Shown: positions 47,325 through 56,415 of the stretch, one piece after another
How positions within the stretch are numbered: position 1 is the stretch's first letter
Layout of the letters: each line of letters begins with the position of its first letter
Virus record (IMG/VR): IMGVR_UViG_3300022213_000004
DNA: 64,000 nucleotides
Strand: one strand, 5' to 3'
Source: a virus
The notes under the pieces: model-generated
Database searches by the model: none
What the model was told of the DNA's origin: nothing
Seen by the model: only the letters and a program-made list of their open reading frames with translations
Made by a program: the position numbers and the translations under genes

Positions 47325-48128
47325 ATGAAAAACATTACAGTTGTTACTGCTCTTTACAATATTCAACGGCAGGATATGGATGGAAGAAAGTGGGATGAAT
47401 ATCTTCAGTGGTTTAGCCAAACTCTAAAGTTAAATTGCCCTATGGTAATATTTGTTGAAGAAGAACTTCTTGACTTTGTAAATCAATATAGAAATTCTTA
47501 TAATACTCAGATTATTGTGCAAAAAATCGAAGATATTCCATACTACTATTTGAAGGAAGAAATGGATGCAATCCTTCAATCAAAAGAGTATAAAGAAAAA
47601 ATAGGATGTCCTGATAGGATTGAGTGTAATTATTCTTTATACTCAATAATACAGTATTCAAAATTTAAATGGATTGAAGAAGCGATTTATGGCAATTACT
47701 TCGACAGTGACTATTATTTTTGGTTGGATGCTGGTGCCTCCAGATTCTTTGAAAATTTTGATTTGAAATCAAGTTTTCCTGGAAATGCTGCTTTAGAAGC
47801 ATTATATGATATTGGAGAAAAATTTTTGATTCAGTTAAATACCGAAACCTATCATGATCTTGTATATTCTGAAGAGTTGAGTAAAGAATATTTTTATGAT
47901 CCACGATCATTTGTTTGTGGTACTTTTTTTGGTATGCACAGAAATATTCATTCCACTATATTAAATCTCATTGAAAAAATATTCATAAATGATATGATAA
48001 AAAATAAAAATGTAAATAATGAACAAATTGCTTTAGCCTATTTGGTTAAAAATAATCCAGAACTTTTTGAAATTTTTTATAGGGATAACTGGAAGCAGAT
48101 TGCTTTATTTGAGGAGATGGTAAAATGA
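47325..48128 (+). CDS. HtrL/YibB-like glycosyltransferase
   Basis: TVVTALYNI...YSKFKWI...FWLDAG...NNEQ. Confidence 0.75.
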   Translation: MKNITVVTALYNIQRQDMDGRKWDEYLQWFSQTLKLNCPMVIFVEEELLDFVNQYRNSYNTQIIVQKIEDIPYYYLKEEMDAILQSKEYKEKIGCPDRIECNYSLYSIIQYSKFKWIEEAIYGNYFDSDYYFWLDAGASRFFENFDLKSSFPGNAALEALYDIGEKFLIQLNTETYHDLVYSEELSKEYFYDPRSFVCGTFFGMHRNIHSTILNLIEKIFINDMIKNKNVNNEQIALAYLVKNNPELFEIFYRDNWKQIALFEEMVK

Positions 48129-49155
48129 AAATCTGTTTAGTTGGTCCTGGTATTATGCCCATTCCTCCTACAGGATGGGGTGCTGTTGAATCTATTATTT
48201 GGGAGTGTGCTAATGAGTTATCTGAGTTAGGTCACGATGGTATGATATTGAATACTCCAGATAAGAATGAGATTGTATCAACAATTAAAGAGGAGCAATT
48301 TGATTTTATTCATATTCATTATGATGTCTTTTGTGACATGATACCTGAAATCAAAAAAGTGTCTCCTAACTCTATAATTGCATTATCATCTCATTATCCA
48401 TATATCAACCAGTTTGATAAACATAGACTTGATGGGTATGATAAAATTTTTGATTGGATGATATCTAATAGTAACAATTATTATAACTTTTGTGTTTCTG
48501 ATAAAGATTTGGAAGTCTTTGCATCTAGAGGAATTTTAAAAAATCAGTTACATTTGTTTAAAACTGGAGCGCAGCATAAAGATATAAAACAGATTTTAAC
48601 ACCGAAATATATTGAACGGTCAATATGTGTGGGTAAAATTGATAGAAGAAAAATGCAATATTTTTATCAATCTATAGACACTATTGATTTTGTTGGTCCT
48701 ATTGGTGATCCCTATAATTTCGATGTTAATAAAAATTATTTGGGGGAGTGGACAAGAAAAGAAATATGCGATAAAATAGGAGAATATTCTAATATTGTTT
48801 TGCTTTCTGTTGGGGAAAATGGAACACCCTTAGTTATTAAAGAATCTTTAATGGCTGGTCTTGGTGTTGTGACTTCTGAATATTGTGCGTATGAATTAGA
48901 CACAACTTTGCCTTTCATTACTGTTATTCCTTCAGATAAACTAGAAGATTTGGATTATATCAATTCTTCTATAATTGAAAATAGGAAAATATCTCTTTCT
49001 ATGAGAAAAGAAATTATTGAATATGGAGTTGAAAATTTTTCTTGGAAAAAACTAGTTGAAATTTATTCTAAAAATATTATTAATCTAAAATGAAAATCTG
49101 TTTAGTTGGTCCTGGTATTATGCCCATTCCTCCTACAGGATGGGGTGCTGTTGAA
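48121..49155 (+). repeat. 70-bp exact direct repeat at the starts of the two GT4 genes
   Basis: 48121-48190 is identical to 49086-49155. Confidence 0.9.
48125..49093 (+). CDS. GT4-like glycosyltransferase
   Basis: IMPIPPTGWGAVE...ENGTPLVIKESLMAG. Confidence 0.8.
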   Translation: MKICLVGPGIMPIPPTGWGAVESIIWECANELSELGHDGMILNTPDKNEIVSTIKEEQFDFIHIHYDVFCDMIPEIKKVSPNSIIALSSHYPYINQFDKHRLDGYDKIFDWMISNSNNYYNFCVSDKDLEVFASRGILKNQLHLFKTGAQHKDIKQILTPKYIERSICVGKIDRRKMQYFYQSIDTIDFVGPIGDPYNFDVNKNYLGEWTRKEICDKIGEYSNIVLLSVGENGTPLVIKESLMAGLGVVTSEYCAYELDTTLPFITVIPSDKLEDLDYINSSIIENRKISLSMRKEIIEYGVENFSWKKLVEIYSKNIINLK

Positions 49156-50088
49156 ATCTTAATTTGGGATTATAAGATAATCCTAGAAAAAATGGGACAC
49201 GAAGTTCAAATTGTAAATACCTCCGATTTAAATGATATACTAAGACAAATAACTTTATTTAATCCAGATTTTGTTCATATTCAGTATGATGACTTTGTTT
49301 GTTTATATCCATATATTAAATATCCTTGTGCAGTAACAACTCACTTTGCTTATATTGAAAGACCTGAAATGATGGGTCCATATAAGCAAAGAGTTTTTGA
49401 TATCTTTTCCCAAATTAAACCAAATATACTTGGTTTGTCTGAATCTATCAATAACGTTTATAATAAAGTATGTAATATTCCAAATGATAGATTATTTTTA
49501 AATCCTAACGGTGTTAATCTTAAAAATTTTAGATATTCTAGTACTCCAAAATTTCCAGATAAATCAATTTATCTTGCAACTATAGATCATAGAAAAAGAC
49601 AGTTCTTATTTCAAGATATAAAATCTCTTTGGTATGCTGGCAATATTAGAGATGATAGGTTTGACGAATCTAAAAATTATCTTGGAGAATGGAATAAAGA
49701 TTACCTATATAAAAATCTAACAGAATATGGAAATCTTGTTTTACTTTCTGATGGTGAAGCTCATCCATTAGTTTGTATGGAAGCTTTTGCGTCCGGTCTT
49801 GGTGTGGTTGTTTGTGAGTGGGGAAAAGCAAATCTTGACCTTAATAAGAAATTTATTTCTGTAATTCCGGAAAATAAAATAAATGATATTAATTTTATTG
49901 AAGATATGATCAATGAAAATAGAGAGTATTCTATTCTTCACAGAGAAGAAATTTTAGATTATGCAAAACAATTTGAATGGGAAAGAGTTGTTGAAGAATC
50001 CTATCTTCCCAATATACAAAAAATAATCTCCAATTATGAGAAATTATCTTTGCAATATTATTCAAAAGTTTTAGTCGGAATTTTTTAA
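49090..50088 (+). CDS. GT4-like glycosyltransferase, paralog of the previous gene
   Basis: IMPIPPTGWGAVE...EAHPLVCMEAFASG. Confidence 0.8.
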   Translation: MKICLVGPGIMPIPPTGWGAVEILIWDYKIILEKMGHEVQIVNTSDLNDILRQITLFNPDFVHIQYDDFVCLYPYIKYPCAVTTHFAYIERPEMMGPYKQRVFDIFSQIKPNILGLSESINNVYNKVCNIPNDRLFLNPNGVNLKNFRYSSTPKFPDKSIYLATIDHRKRQFLFQDIKSLWYAGNIRDDRFDESKNYLGEWNKDYLYKNLTEYGNLVLLSDGEAHPLVCMEAFASGLGVVVCEWGKANLDLNKKFISVIPENKINDINFIEDMINENREYSILHREEILDYAKQFEWERVVEESYLPNIQKIISNYEKLSLQYYSKVLVGIF

Positions 50089-50877
50089 ATGAAAATAGCT
50101 ATTAATTTTATAGGAACAGGAAATTACTTGAAGTTTTTTCCAAAATATTATGATACTTTTATGGAATATTTTATTCCAGAATGTGAAAAAGATTTTTTTG
50201 TATTTACTGACGGTGAATTGGGTGACGATATCCCAGAAAATATTAAAATTATTCCTGTGTCTGAAGAAAGTGATATACGAAAAGAAGACTATGATAATTG
50301 GGAATCCATAACTATTAAAAGTATGGGTGGACTGAAAAGATTTGAACAAATAAAAAAAATAAAACAACAACTCTCATCTTATGATTGGTATGTTTATCTA
50401 GATGCTGATATGTACTGTTGTCCCAAAACAATTTCTTATAACGATTTTTTTGATGATACAAAAAACTTTTTTGCCGTTCAGCATCCATGTCAAAATTTAA
50501 ATATGTGTAAATTTACATCATTAAGTAAAAAGGATCTTCCTTTTGAAAGAGATAAAGAATCTCTTTCTTATGTTGGGTATGAAGATCAAGAAGATGATGT
50601 TTATGTTCAAGGTTGCCTATGGGGAGGAAAAATTCCAAAGGTATTTGATCTTATAGATACTCTCTCTGATAGAGTTGTTAATGATTTGAGTCGTGGTATA
50701 ATAGCTGTTGCTAGGGATGAAAGTCATTTAAACAAGTATAGAATAGAACACATTAATGATTTTCATATTCTACATCCATCATTTGCAAAACCAGGTGATT
50801 ATCCCGCAGAACAATTCACCTTTGACGCAAAAATTATACATTCTCCATCTGACAAGAAAAAAGTTTTAAATTCATAA
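50089..50877 (+). CDS. GT6 family glycosyltransferase
   Basis: IGTGNY, FVFTD, YLDAD, WGG and DESHLNKY motifs. Confidence 0.88.
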   Translation: MKIAINFIGTGNYLKFFPKYYDTFMEYFIPECEKDFFVFTDGELGDDIPENIKIIPVSEESDIRKEDYDNWESITIKSMGGLKRFEQIKKIKQQLSSYDWYVYLDADMYCCPKTISYNDFFDDTKNFFAVQHPCQNLNMCKFTSLSKKDLPFERDKESLSYVGYEDQEDDVYVQGCLWGGKIPKVFDLIDTLSDRVVNDLSRGIIAVARDESHLNKYRIEHINDFHILHPSFAKPGDYPAEQFTFDAKIIHSPSDKKKVLNS

Positions 50878-50879
50878 TT

Positions 50880-51677
50880 ATGGATAAGAACAAATCTACA
50901 TATAAACTTAAGAACTTTGGTCCAATTTATTACTTAAATCTTGATGGGCAACCTGAAAGAAAGGGGTACATGGAATCTCAATTTAAGTATTGGGAGATTG
51001 AAAATTACACACGTATCTCTGCATATGATGGTAGAGAAGATGATCTAAGTGATATCATTGCTGGTCGTTATCCTGAAATGATGACTTCGGGAGAAATTGG
51101 TTGCGTAACATCCCATCTTAAAGCAATCAAACATTGGTATGAAACTTCTGATAGTCCATATGCAATCATTATGGAAGATGACTGCAATTTAGATCTTGTT
51201 AAGTATTGGAATTTTACCTGGACAGATTTTTATGCACACATCCCTTATGATTGGGATATTGTGCAGATTGCAATTATTTGTACAGGGGATATTCACGTAA
51301 AACTCCATAAGAGATTTGTCAATGATTTTTCAACTGCTTGCTATCTGATCACTAGACATCATGCAGAAAAATTGCTCAAGTTTCATGTGAAGGGTGATAA
51401 GTATCGTCTTGACAATGGTGTTAAACCACGTCCTGTTGCCGATGATTTGATTTATAATTCAGGTAATACTTATTCTATTCCACTTCTTCTTTACCGGACA
51501 GAACTTGGATCTAGTATTCATCCAGAACATGTAGATGCCTTTCATAAAGGAAATTATCAAGCACAGTCTCAATTCTGGGAGCAAAATGGTGCTAATATTG
51601 ATATTAAAGATTATATGAACTATGATCCATATCTTGGTCGGATAACCGAAAATTCTGCGGCACAACAGAGCACTTGA
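50880..51677 (+). CDS. GT25 family glycosyltransferase
   Basis: YLNLD...ERK...GEIGCVTSH...IMEDD. Confidence 0.88.
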   Translation: MDKNKSTYKLKNFGPIYYLNLDGQPERKGYMESQFKYWEIENYTRISAYDGREDDLSDIIAGRYPEMMTSGEIGCVTSHLKAIKHWYETSDSPYAIIMEDDCNLDLVKYWNFTWTDFYAHIPYDWDIVQIAIICTGDIHVKLHKRFVNDFSTACYLITRHHAEKLLKFHVKGDKYRLDNGVKPRPVADDLIYNSGNTYSIPLLLYRTELGSSIHPEHVDAFHKGNYQAQSQFWEQNGANIDIKDYMNYDPYLGRITENSAAQQST

Positions 51678-51815
51678 CATGATCCCAAAGAGAATGTTAA
51701 AATAAATAAGTTCGTGATAAAAGCCTCAACTACTCGCTACAATCACTGAAAACAGAGACACGTCGAGTCTCTTTACATCCGCAGGTAAACTCTGCGAGAA
51801 AATATAGAGGTACTT

Positions 51816-53273
51816 ATGTTTAAATCCGCTTTCGCAGCAACCCTTGCTGCAACTCCACTAATCGCTGGTGCTGCGCTTGCAGAACCTTCTAGTGTTTACG
51901 GACCTTATGTAGAAATGCAGGTCACTAGCATTAGCCAACTTTCTGATGTGCAACCCACTGATTGGGCATATCAGGCACTTAGCAACCTTGTAGAGCGTTA
52001 TGGTTGCGTTGCTGGTTATGGAAACGGCACCTTTGGTGGTGGTCGTGCAATGACCCGTTATGAGGCAGCAGCACTTCTGAATGCTTGCCTTGATCGTGTA
52101 ACTGAAAACACTGACGAACTCAAGCGTCTTGCTAACGAATTCCGTGATGAACTCACTGTGATTCAAGGTAAAGTTGCATCTCTTGAAACCCAAGTTGGTA
52201 CACTTGAAGCACAACAGTTCTCCACCACCACTAAACTGCGTGGTGAAGCAAACTTTGTTCTTGGTGGAGTAGATGACTATCAGACCAAGACTGGTGATGT
52301 AACCCATACTGCATTCAACTATGATGTTCGTCTGAATCTTGATACATCTTTCACTGGTAAAGATCTGCTCAAGACTCGTCTGCGTTCTGCTAACTTTAGC
52401 AATGATCCTTTTGGTTCCAGTTCGTCACTTTTCAAACTGGATAAAGCAGACAATATGACCAGTGAGGTTGGTAACAATGTAGTTATTGACCGTCTGTATT
52501 ATCAGTTCCCTACACTTAATGATAAGGCAACTGTAACTGCTGGTGCTATTGTTCGTAATACCGAAATGGCTTGGATGCCTACTGCATATAAGTCTGGTAT
52601 TCTTGACTTCTTTGCCGTTGCTGGTACTCCTGGTGTTTATAACAAGGCAACTGGTGCTGGTTTCGGTGTTCAGTATGGTAACAAAGGTCTTGTTGCTGGT
52701 GTAAACTATGTGGCACAAAATGGTTCTAATAGTTCCACTGGTGAGTTTGATGAGTCTGGTGCTCTGAATACTCTTGCACAAGTCGGTTATCGTGGTACTA
52801 ACTGGGGTGCTGCATTCGGTTATCGTTATGGTACTGAAGGCACTCGTGTTCGTACCTATAACGGTCTGAATGGTGCTTCTGGCACTCTGGTTCCTGGTCA
52901 AACCTCCAATGGTTATGCTCTGAACGCATACTGGCAACCTACCCAATCTGGTTGGGTTCCTTCTATCTCGGCAGGTTATGGTTGGAACACTGTAAGTGGT
53001 ACTCAAAGTGCTGCTACCGATAGTCAGTCTTGGTTTGCTGGTCTGACTTGGGATGATGTGTTTGTTGATGGTAACTCTGCTGGTGTTGCTATCGGTCAGG
53101 CACCTACTGGCGAAGACCTTGAAGATGCAACGATGCTTGAGATCTTCTACAAGTATCAAGTGTCTGACAACATCAGCGTTACTCCTGCTATCATCTATTC
53201 AAGTGATAATCAGCGTCTTGCTAACAACTCCTCTAATTGGGGTGGTGTAATCCAGACTACCTTCAAGTTCTGA
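51816..53273 (+). CDS. Cyanobacterial outer-membrane porin (SLH domain plus OprB-like barrel, SomA/B type)
   Basis: SDVQPTDWAYQALSNLVERYGCVAGY...TRYEAAALLNACLD...QFSTTTKLRGE...TTFKF. Confidence 0.93.
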   Translation: MFKSAFAATLAATPLIAGAALAEPSSVYGPYVEMQVTSISQLSDVQPTDWAYQALSNLVERYGCVAGYGNGTFGGGRAMTRYEAAALLNACLDRVTENTDELKRLANEFRDELTVIQGKVASLETQVGTLEAQQFSTTTKLRGEANFVLGGVDDYQTKTGDVTHTAFNYDVRLNLDTSFTGKDLLKTRLRSANFSNDPFGSSSSLFKLDKADNMTSEVGNNVVIDRLYYQFPTLNDKATVTAGAIVRNTEMAWMPTAYKSGILDFFAVAGTPGVYNKATGAGFGVQYGNKGLVAGVNYVAQNGSNSSTGEFDESGALNTLAQVGYRGTNWGAAFGYRYGTEGTRVRTYNGLNGASGTLVPGQTSNGYALNAYWQPTQSGWVPSISAGYGWNTVSGTQSAATDSQSWFAGLTWDDVFVDGNSAGVAIGQAPTGEDLEDATMLEIFYKYQVSDNISVTPAIIYSSDNQRLANNSSNWGGVIQTTFKF

Positions 53274-53295
53274 TAATCAACTCATAAGTTGAGTT

Positions 53296-53326
53296 AGGTC
53301 ACTCCAAAATGGGGTGACCTTTTTTA
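53296..53326 (+). terminator. Intrinsic terminator after the porin gene
   Basis: aggtcact/ggtgacct stem followed by a T-run. Confidence 0.75.
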
Positions 53327-53341
53327 TTTGGTAGTGGGTAT

Positions 53342-53371
53342 CTTAACCTTCTCTTAGTTGACTTTTATTTT
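53342..53371 (+). promoter_or_regulatory. Pho-box-like direct repeats upstream of pstS
   Basis: cttaacct, cttagttg and tttatttt at 11-bp period. Confidence 0.5.
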
Positions 53372-53409
53372 TATTTCTTTTAGACTTTCTTCGTAGTTAT
53401 TCACTTTTT

Positions 53410-53691
53410 ATGAAACTCAAAAACTTTATTACTGTTGGTCTGGTTGCTGCTCCTGCTGCTGCACTTGCTGGACCTACTTTGAATAGTGCTGGTGCATATC
53501 CAATCTCTACTCTGACTTGGGTTCTTGCTTATAAGACGGGTAATGGTGCCAAGGCAGATGATATTCGTGGTGCTCTGAACTATGCTCTGAGCACAAAGGC
53601 ACAGATGATTGCTGATGATCTTGGATATGTTCCTCTTGCAGGTTCGGTTCTCAACAAATCACGCATTGCTGTTGCCCGTATTGGGAAGTAA
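53410..53691 (+). pseudogene. pstS: pstS with a large in-frame internal deletion
   Basis: Signal peptide ...AGPTLN fused to the C-terminal AGAYPISTLTWVLAY...LGYVPL; only 93 aa. Confidence 0.8.
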
Positions 53692-53741
53692 ATAATAAGT
53701 ATTAATACTTATTATTGTTAGGAAATCATAACAGGAGGTGC

Positions 53742-53791
53742 TTGACACCTCCTTCTTTTTGCTATATAATTCTGTTATAAATCTTTACAAA
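53742..53791 (+). promoter_or_regulatory. Consensus sigma70 promoter plus HLR1-like (RpaB) repeat upstream of hli
   Basis: TTGACA-17-TATAAT (53742-53770); gttataaa-tc-tttacaaa (53774-53791). Confidence 0.7.
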
Positions 53792-53797
53792 AAGACA

Positions 53798-54007
53798 ATG
53801 ACTGTAACAAAAAATGAATTTGGACAAATGAATATGTTTGCCAAAGAACCTTCAATGTATATGACCAAGGAAGACCTTGAGCGTTATGGTATTGAACCTT
53901 ATGCAGTAAAAGCGGAGCGTTTGAATGGACGTACCGCGATGATTGGATTTATGTGTGCGATTCTTTCATATGCTCTTACTGGCAAATTGTTCTTCGGGGT
54001 CTTCTGA
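53798..54007 (+). CDS. hli: High-light-inducible protein
   Basis: AERLNGRTAMIGF chlorophyll-binding motif. Confidence 0.9.
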   Translation: MTVTKNEFGQMNMFAKEPSMYMTKEDLERYGIEPYAVKAERLNGRTAMIGFMCAILSYALTGKLFFGVF

Positions 54008-54013
54008 AGAAAA

Positions 54014-54328
54014 ATGAAACTAACTTATATTGGTGTTCCTGCCCCTGAAGTATTGGAAGATGATCCTTGGTTTGGTCCTGCTCCTTTAACAGAAAAATCA
54101 GTTGCTGCGAAAGCTTTGAAAGAAGCAAGAGAGCAAGCAGAGGCAGATTTACAATTGATTCCTGAGTATGATGAACCTCAACCCAAGGAACCAGAAAATA
54201 TCCATGAGGTTATGTATCAGATTGCAACAAAGAATGTTGCTACAACTATAGCACTTGATCCTCTACCTTCTTTGGGGGGTTCTGAAAACTTCCAAGAGGG
54301 TTGGATGTCTGGTGCTGGTTTTCACTAG
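54014..54328 (+). CDS. Hypothetical protein
   Basis: EDDPWFGPAP...GGSENFQ. Confidence 0.6.
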   Translation: MKLTYIGVPAPEVLEDDPWFGPAPLTEKSVAAKALKEAREQAEADLQLIPEYDEPQPKEPENIHEVMYQIATKNVATTIALDPLPSLGGSENFQEGWMSGAGFH

Positions 54329-54432
54329 TATTCCAGGAGACAAAAAATGCCCGAAATAATCTTTACAATCACAAGTGTTGCCTTCTTTGTTTTGTTGGCA
54401 CACTCCGTCAATCAACTATCTGAAACTTACTG

Positions 54433-54723
54433 ATGACTTATTCTATTACTCTTCAATCCCCTGATGGCACTGAAAACACTTTTGAATGCGCCAAAGATCA
54501 GTACATTCTTGAAGCAGCTGAAGAAGCTGGCATTGATCTACCTTCCAGTTGCCGTGCTGGTGCTTGCTCTTCTTGTGCTGGCAAACTCATTAGCGGCACA
54601 GTAGATAATGAAGAGCAGTCGTTCCTTGATGATGACCAGATTGCTGATGGGTTTATTCTAACTTGTGTTGCATATCCAACCAGCGATTGTGTAATCCTTA
54701 CTGAGCAGGAAGAGAACCTGTGA
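54433..54723 (+). CDS. petF: Plant-type [2Fe-2S] ferredoxin
   Basis: [15 protein letters not shown]...LTCVAYP. Confidence 0.96.
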   Translation: MTYSITLQSPDGTENTFECAKDQYILEAAEEAGIDLPSSCRAGACSSCAGKLISGTVDNEEQSFLDDDQIADGFILTCVAYPTSDCVILTEQEENL

Positions 54724-54917
54724 GTGCTGGAATGCTGGGGCAACTTGGAGTTGCCCTCCAAAGTCTCGATTGGAATGATCTAGAACTTGAGGTAAAGGTG
54801 GCAGGCACCCTAAAGAATGACAAGTTTATTGTCATCAAACCTGTAAAAGAAAAACTGGTATGTAATCCAGACCCTAATCTTAAACAACAACACCTTTATC
54901 AAGGAGAAAATAAATGA
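54720..54917 (+). CDS. Hypothetical protein
   Basis: GTG start overlapping the petF stop. Confidence 0.5.
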   Translation: MSAGMLGQLGVALQSLDWNDLELEVKVAGTLKNDKFIVIKPVKEKLVCNPDPNLKQQHLYQGENK

Positions 54918-55033
54918 AAAATCTTTTTAACGAGCGCAGTGAGCGTATTAATGGTTGGGCAGCAATGATTGGAATTGTATCTGCTATGGGATCATACCTT
55001 GTTACCGGTCAAATTATTCCCGGTGTATTTTGA
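54914..55033 (+). CDS. hli: High-light-inducible protein (39 aa), not in the ORF track
   Basis: [39 protein letters not shown]; AAGGAG ribosome-binding site. Confidence 0.9.
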   Translation: MKNLFNERSERINGWAAMIGIVSAMGSYLVTGQIIPGVF

Positions 55034-55572
55034 TGGAGGTTAAAATGCGTAAAGAACAATATGAAGTTCCACAAGTACAGTTTGTGCTTCGTGAATCTGG
55101 CGAGTTTGTAAATAAAACATCTGCAGAACTTTTCAATGGAAAGCGTGTGGTCCTGTTTAGCTTGCCTGGCGCTTTCACTCCTACTTGCAGTGCCTATCAG
55201 TTACCTGGATTCGAAGAGAAATACGACGACTTTATTGGTCTTGGCATCAACGATATTTACTGCATCTCTGTTAATGATGGGTTTGTGATGAATGCCTGGG
55301 CCCAAGACCAGAACATCAAGAATGTAAAACTCATTCCAGATGGTAATGCATATTTTACACGTTCTATGGGTATGCTTGTTAATAAGTCCAATCTTGGTTT
55401 TGGTGATCGCTCTTGGCGTTATGCTGCGGTTGTGGATAATGGAGTCATCGAAAAACTGTTTGTTGAACCAGGACAGCGCGATAATGCCCCCGAAGATCCT
55501 TATGTTGAGACTACTCCAGAAAATGTTTTTGAATATGTAAAAACTACAGTGAAAGAAACTATTGCTGCTTGA
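55033..55572 (+). CDS. Peroxiredoxin (Prx5/type II); start may be 55045
   Basis: LPGAFTPTCS...SVNDGFVM...GDRSWRYA. Confidence 0.93.
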   Translation: MEVKMRKEQYEVPQVQFVLRESGEFVNKTSAELFNGKRVVLFSLPGAFTPTCSAYQLPGFEEKYDDFIGLGINDIYCISVNDGFVMNAWAQDQNIKNVKLIPDGNAYFTRSMGMLVNKSNLGFGDRSWRYAAVVDNGVIEKLFVEPGQRDNAPEDPYVETTPENVFEYVKTTVKETIAA

Positions 55573-55638
55573 AGATAATCAAAGCGTCCAAAAGGGCGCT
55601 TTTTTTATAAATATCTTCAGTGTTTTAGGTAATATTCA

Positions 55639-56310
55639 ATGACCCTAGATCTTCATAACTTTTTTAAGTTTTATGATGATGGTAATGAGAATCATGTTGC
55701 AGCGGTTCAATGGTTAGAGGATAATCTTCCTTCTCAGTTTTTAGATGATGCAGAAACAGATTGGATTGGTATTTACAGAACTAAGCCCCCTACACCCGCA
55801 GTTCTTTCAGTTCCTTACTTTAATCAAGTAGACAACTACAGAGATGCACATAGAACTTGTAACAGTTCATCGTGTGCTATGTGCCTCGCTTTCCTCAAGC
55901 CAGGAAGCATTAAAGGCGATGATGAGTATGTCAAGAAAGTATTTGCGATTGGCGATACTACTGACCATGCGGTACAAACGAAAGTTCTGGCAGGTTATGG
56001 AGTTAAGTCACACTTTAGTTACAATCTTTCTTTTGCTGATATTGATAAGAGTCTTGATGCTGGAAAGCCTGTTGTTATTGGTATCCTGCACAGGGGTCCT
56101 CTATCTGCACCTACTGGCGGGCACATGGTTGTAGTCATTGGTAAGACACCAGACGGTAAAGGTTATTATGTGAATGACCCATATGGTTCGTGTAATGATA
56201 ACTACACTGGTCCAGTAACAAATGGTAAGAAGACTATTTACGCCAAAGCAATGCTCAAGCACCGCTGGGCACCTAATGGAGGGGACGGATGGGGACGCAT
56301 TTTTGATTAA
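55639..56310 (+). CDS. C39-like cysteine peptidase
   Basis: VPYFNQ...TCNSSSCAM...GGHMVVVIG...VNDPYG. Confidence 0.85.
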   Translation: MTLDLHNFFKFYDDGNENHVAAVQWLEDNLPSQFLDDAETDWIGIYRTKPPTPAVLSVPYFNQVDNYRDAHRTCNSSSCAMCLAFLKPGSIKGDDEYVKKVFAIGDTTDHAVQTKVLAGYGVKSHFSYNLSFADIDKSLDAGKPVVIGILHRGPLSAPTGGHMVVVIGKTPDGKGYYVNDPYGSCNDNYTGPVTNGKKTIYAKAMLKHRWAPNGGDGWGRIFD

Positions 56311-56401
56311 TAAATAATAATGCTCTAATGAGTTCGCATCCATAAGAGTGGAAAAGGTGTCTTCGGGCACCTTTTCTTGTATAAATAGTATTGCGAACTC
56401 A
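56311..56401 (+). promoter_or_regulatory. Endonuclease control cassette 3
   Basis: TAAATA at 56311; tgagttcgca (56329-56338) is complementary to tgcgaactca (56392-56401); cUUCGg hairpin; TATAAATA at 56380. Confidence 0.7.
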
Positions 56402-56415
56402 ATTTGGAAGCAGTT

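Noticed and set aside
51858-53159. Long antisense ORFs opposite the porin (similar ones lie opposite nrdA and others)
   Set aside because: They are shadow frames caused by codon bias of the sense gene, with no recognisable motifs.
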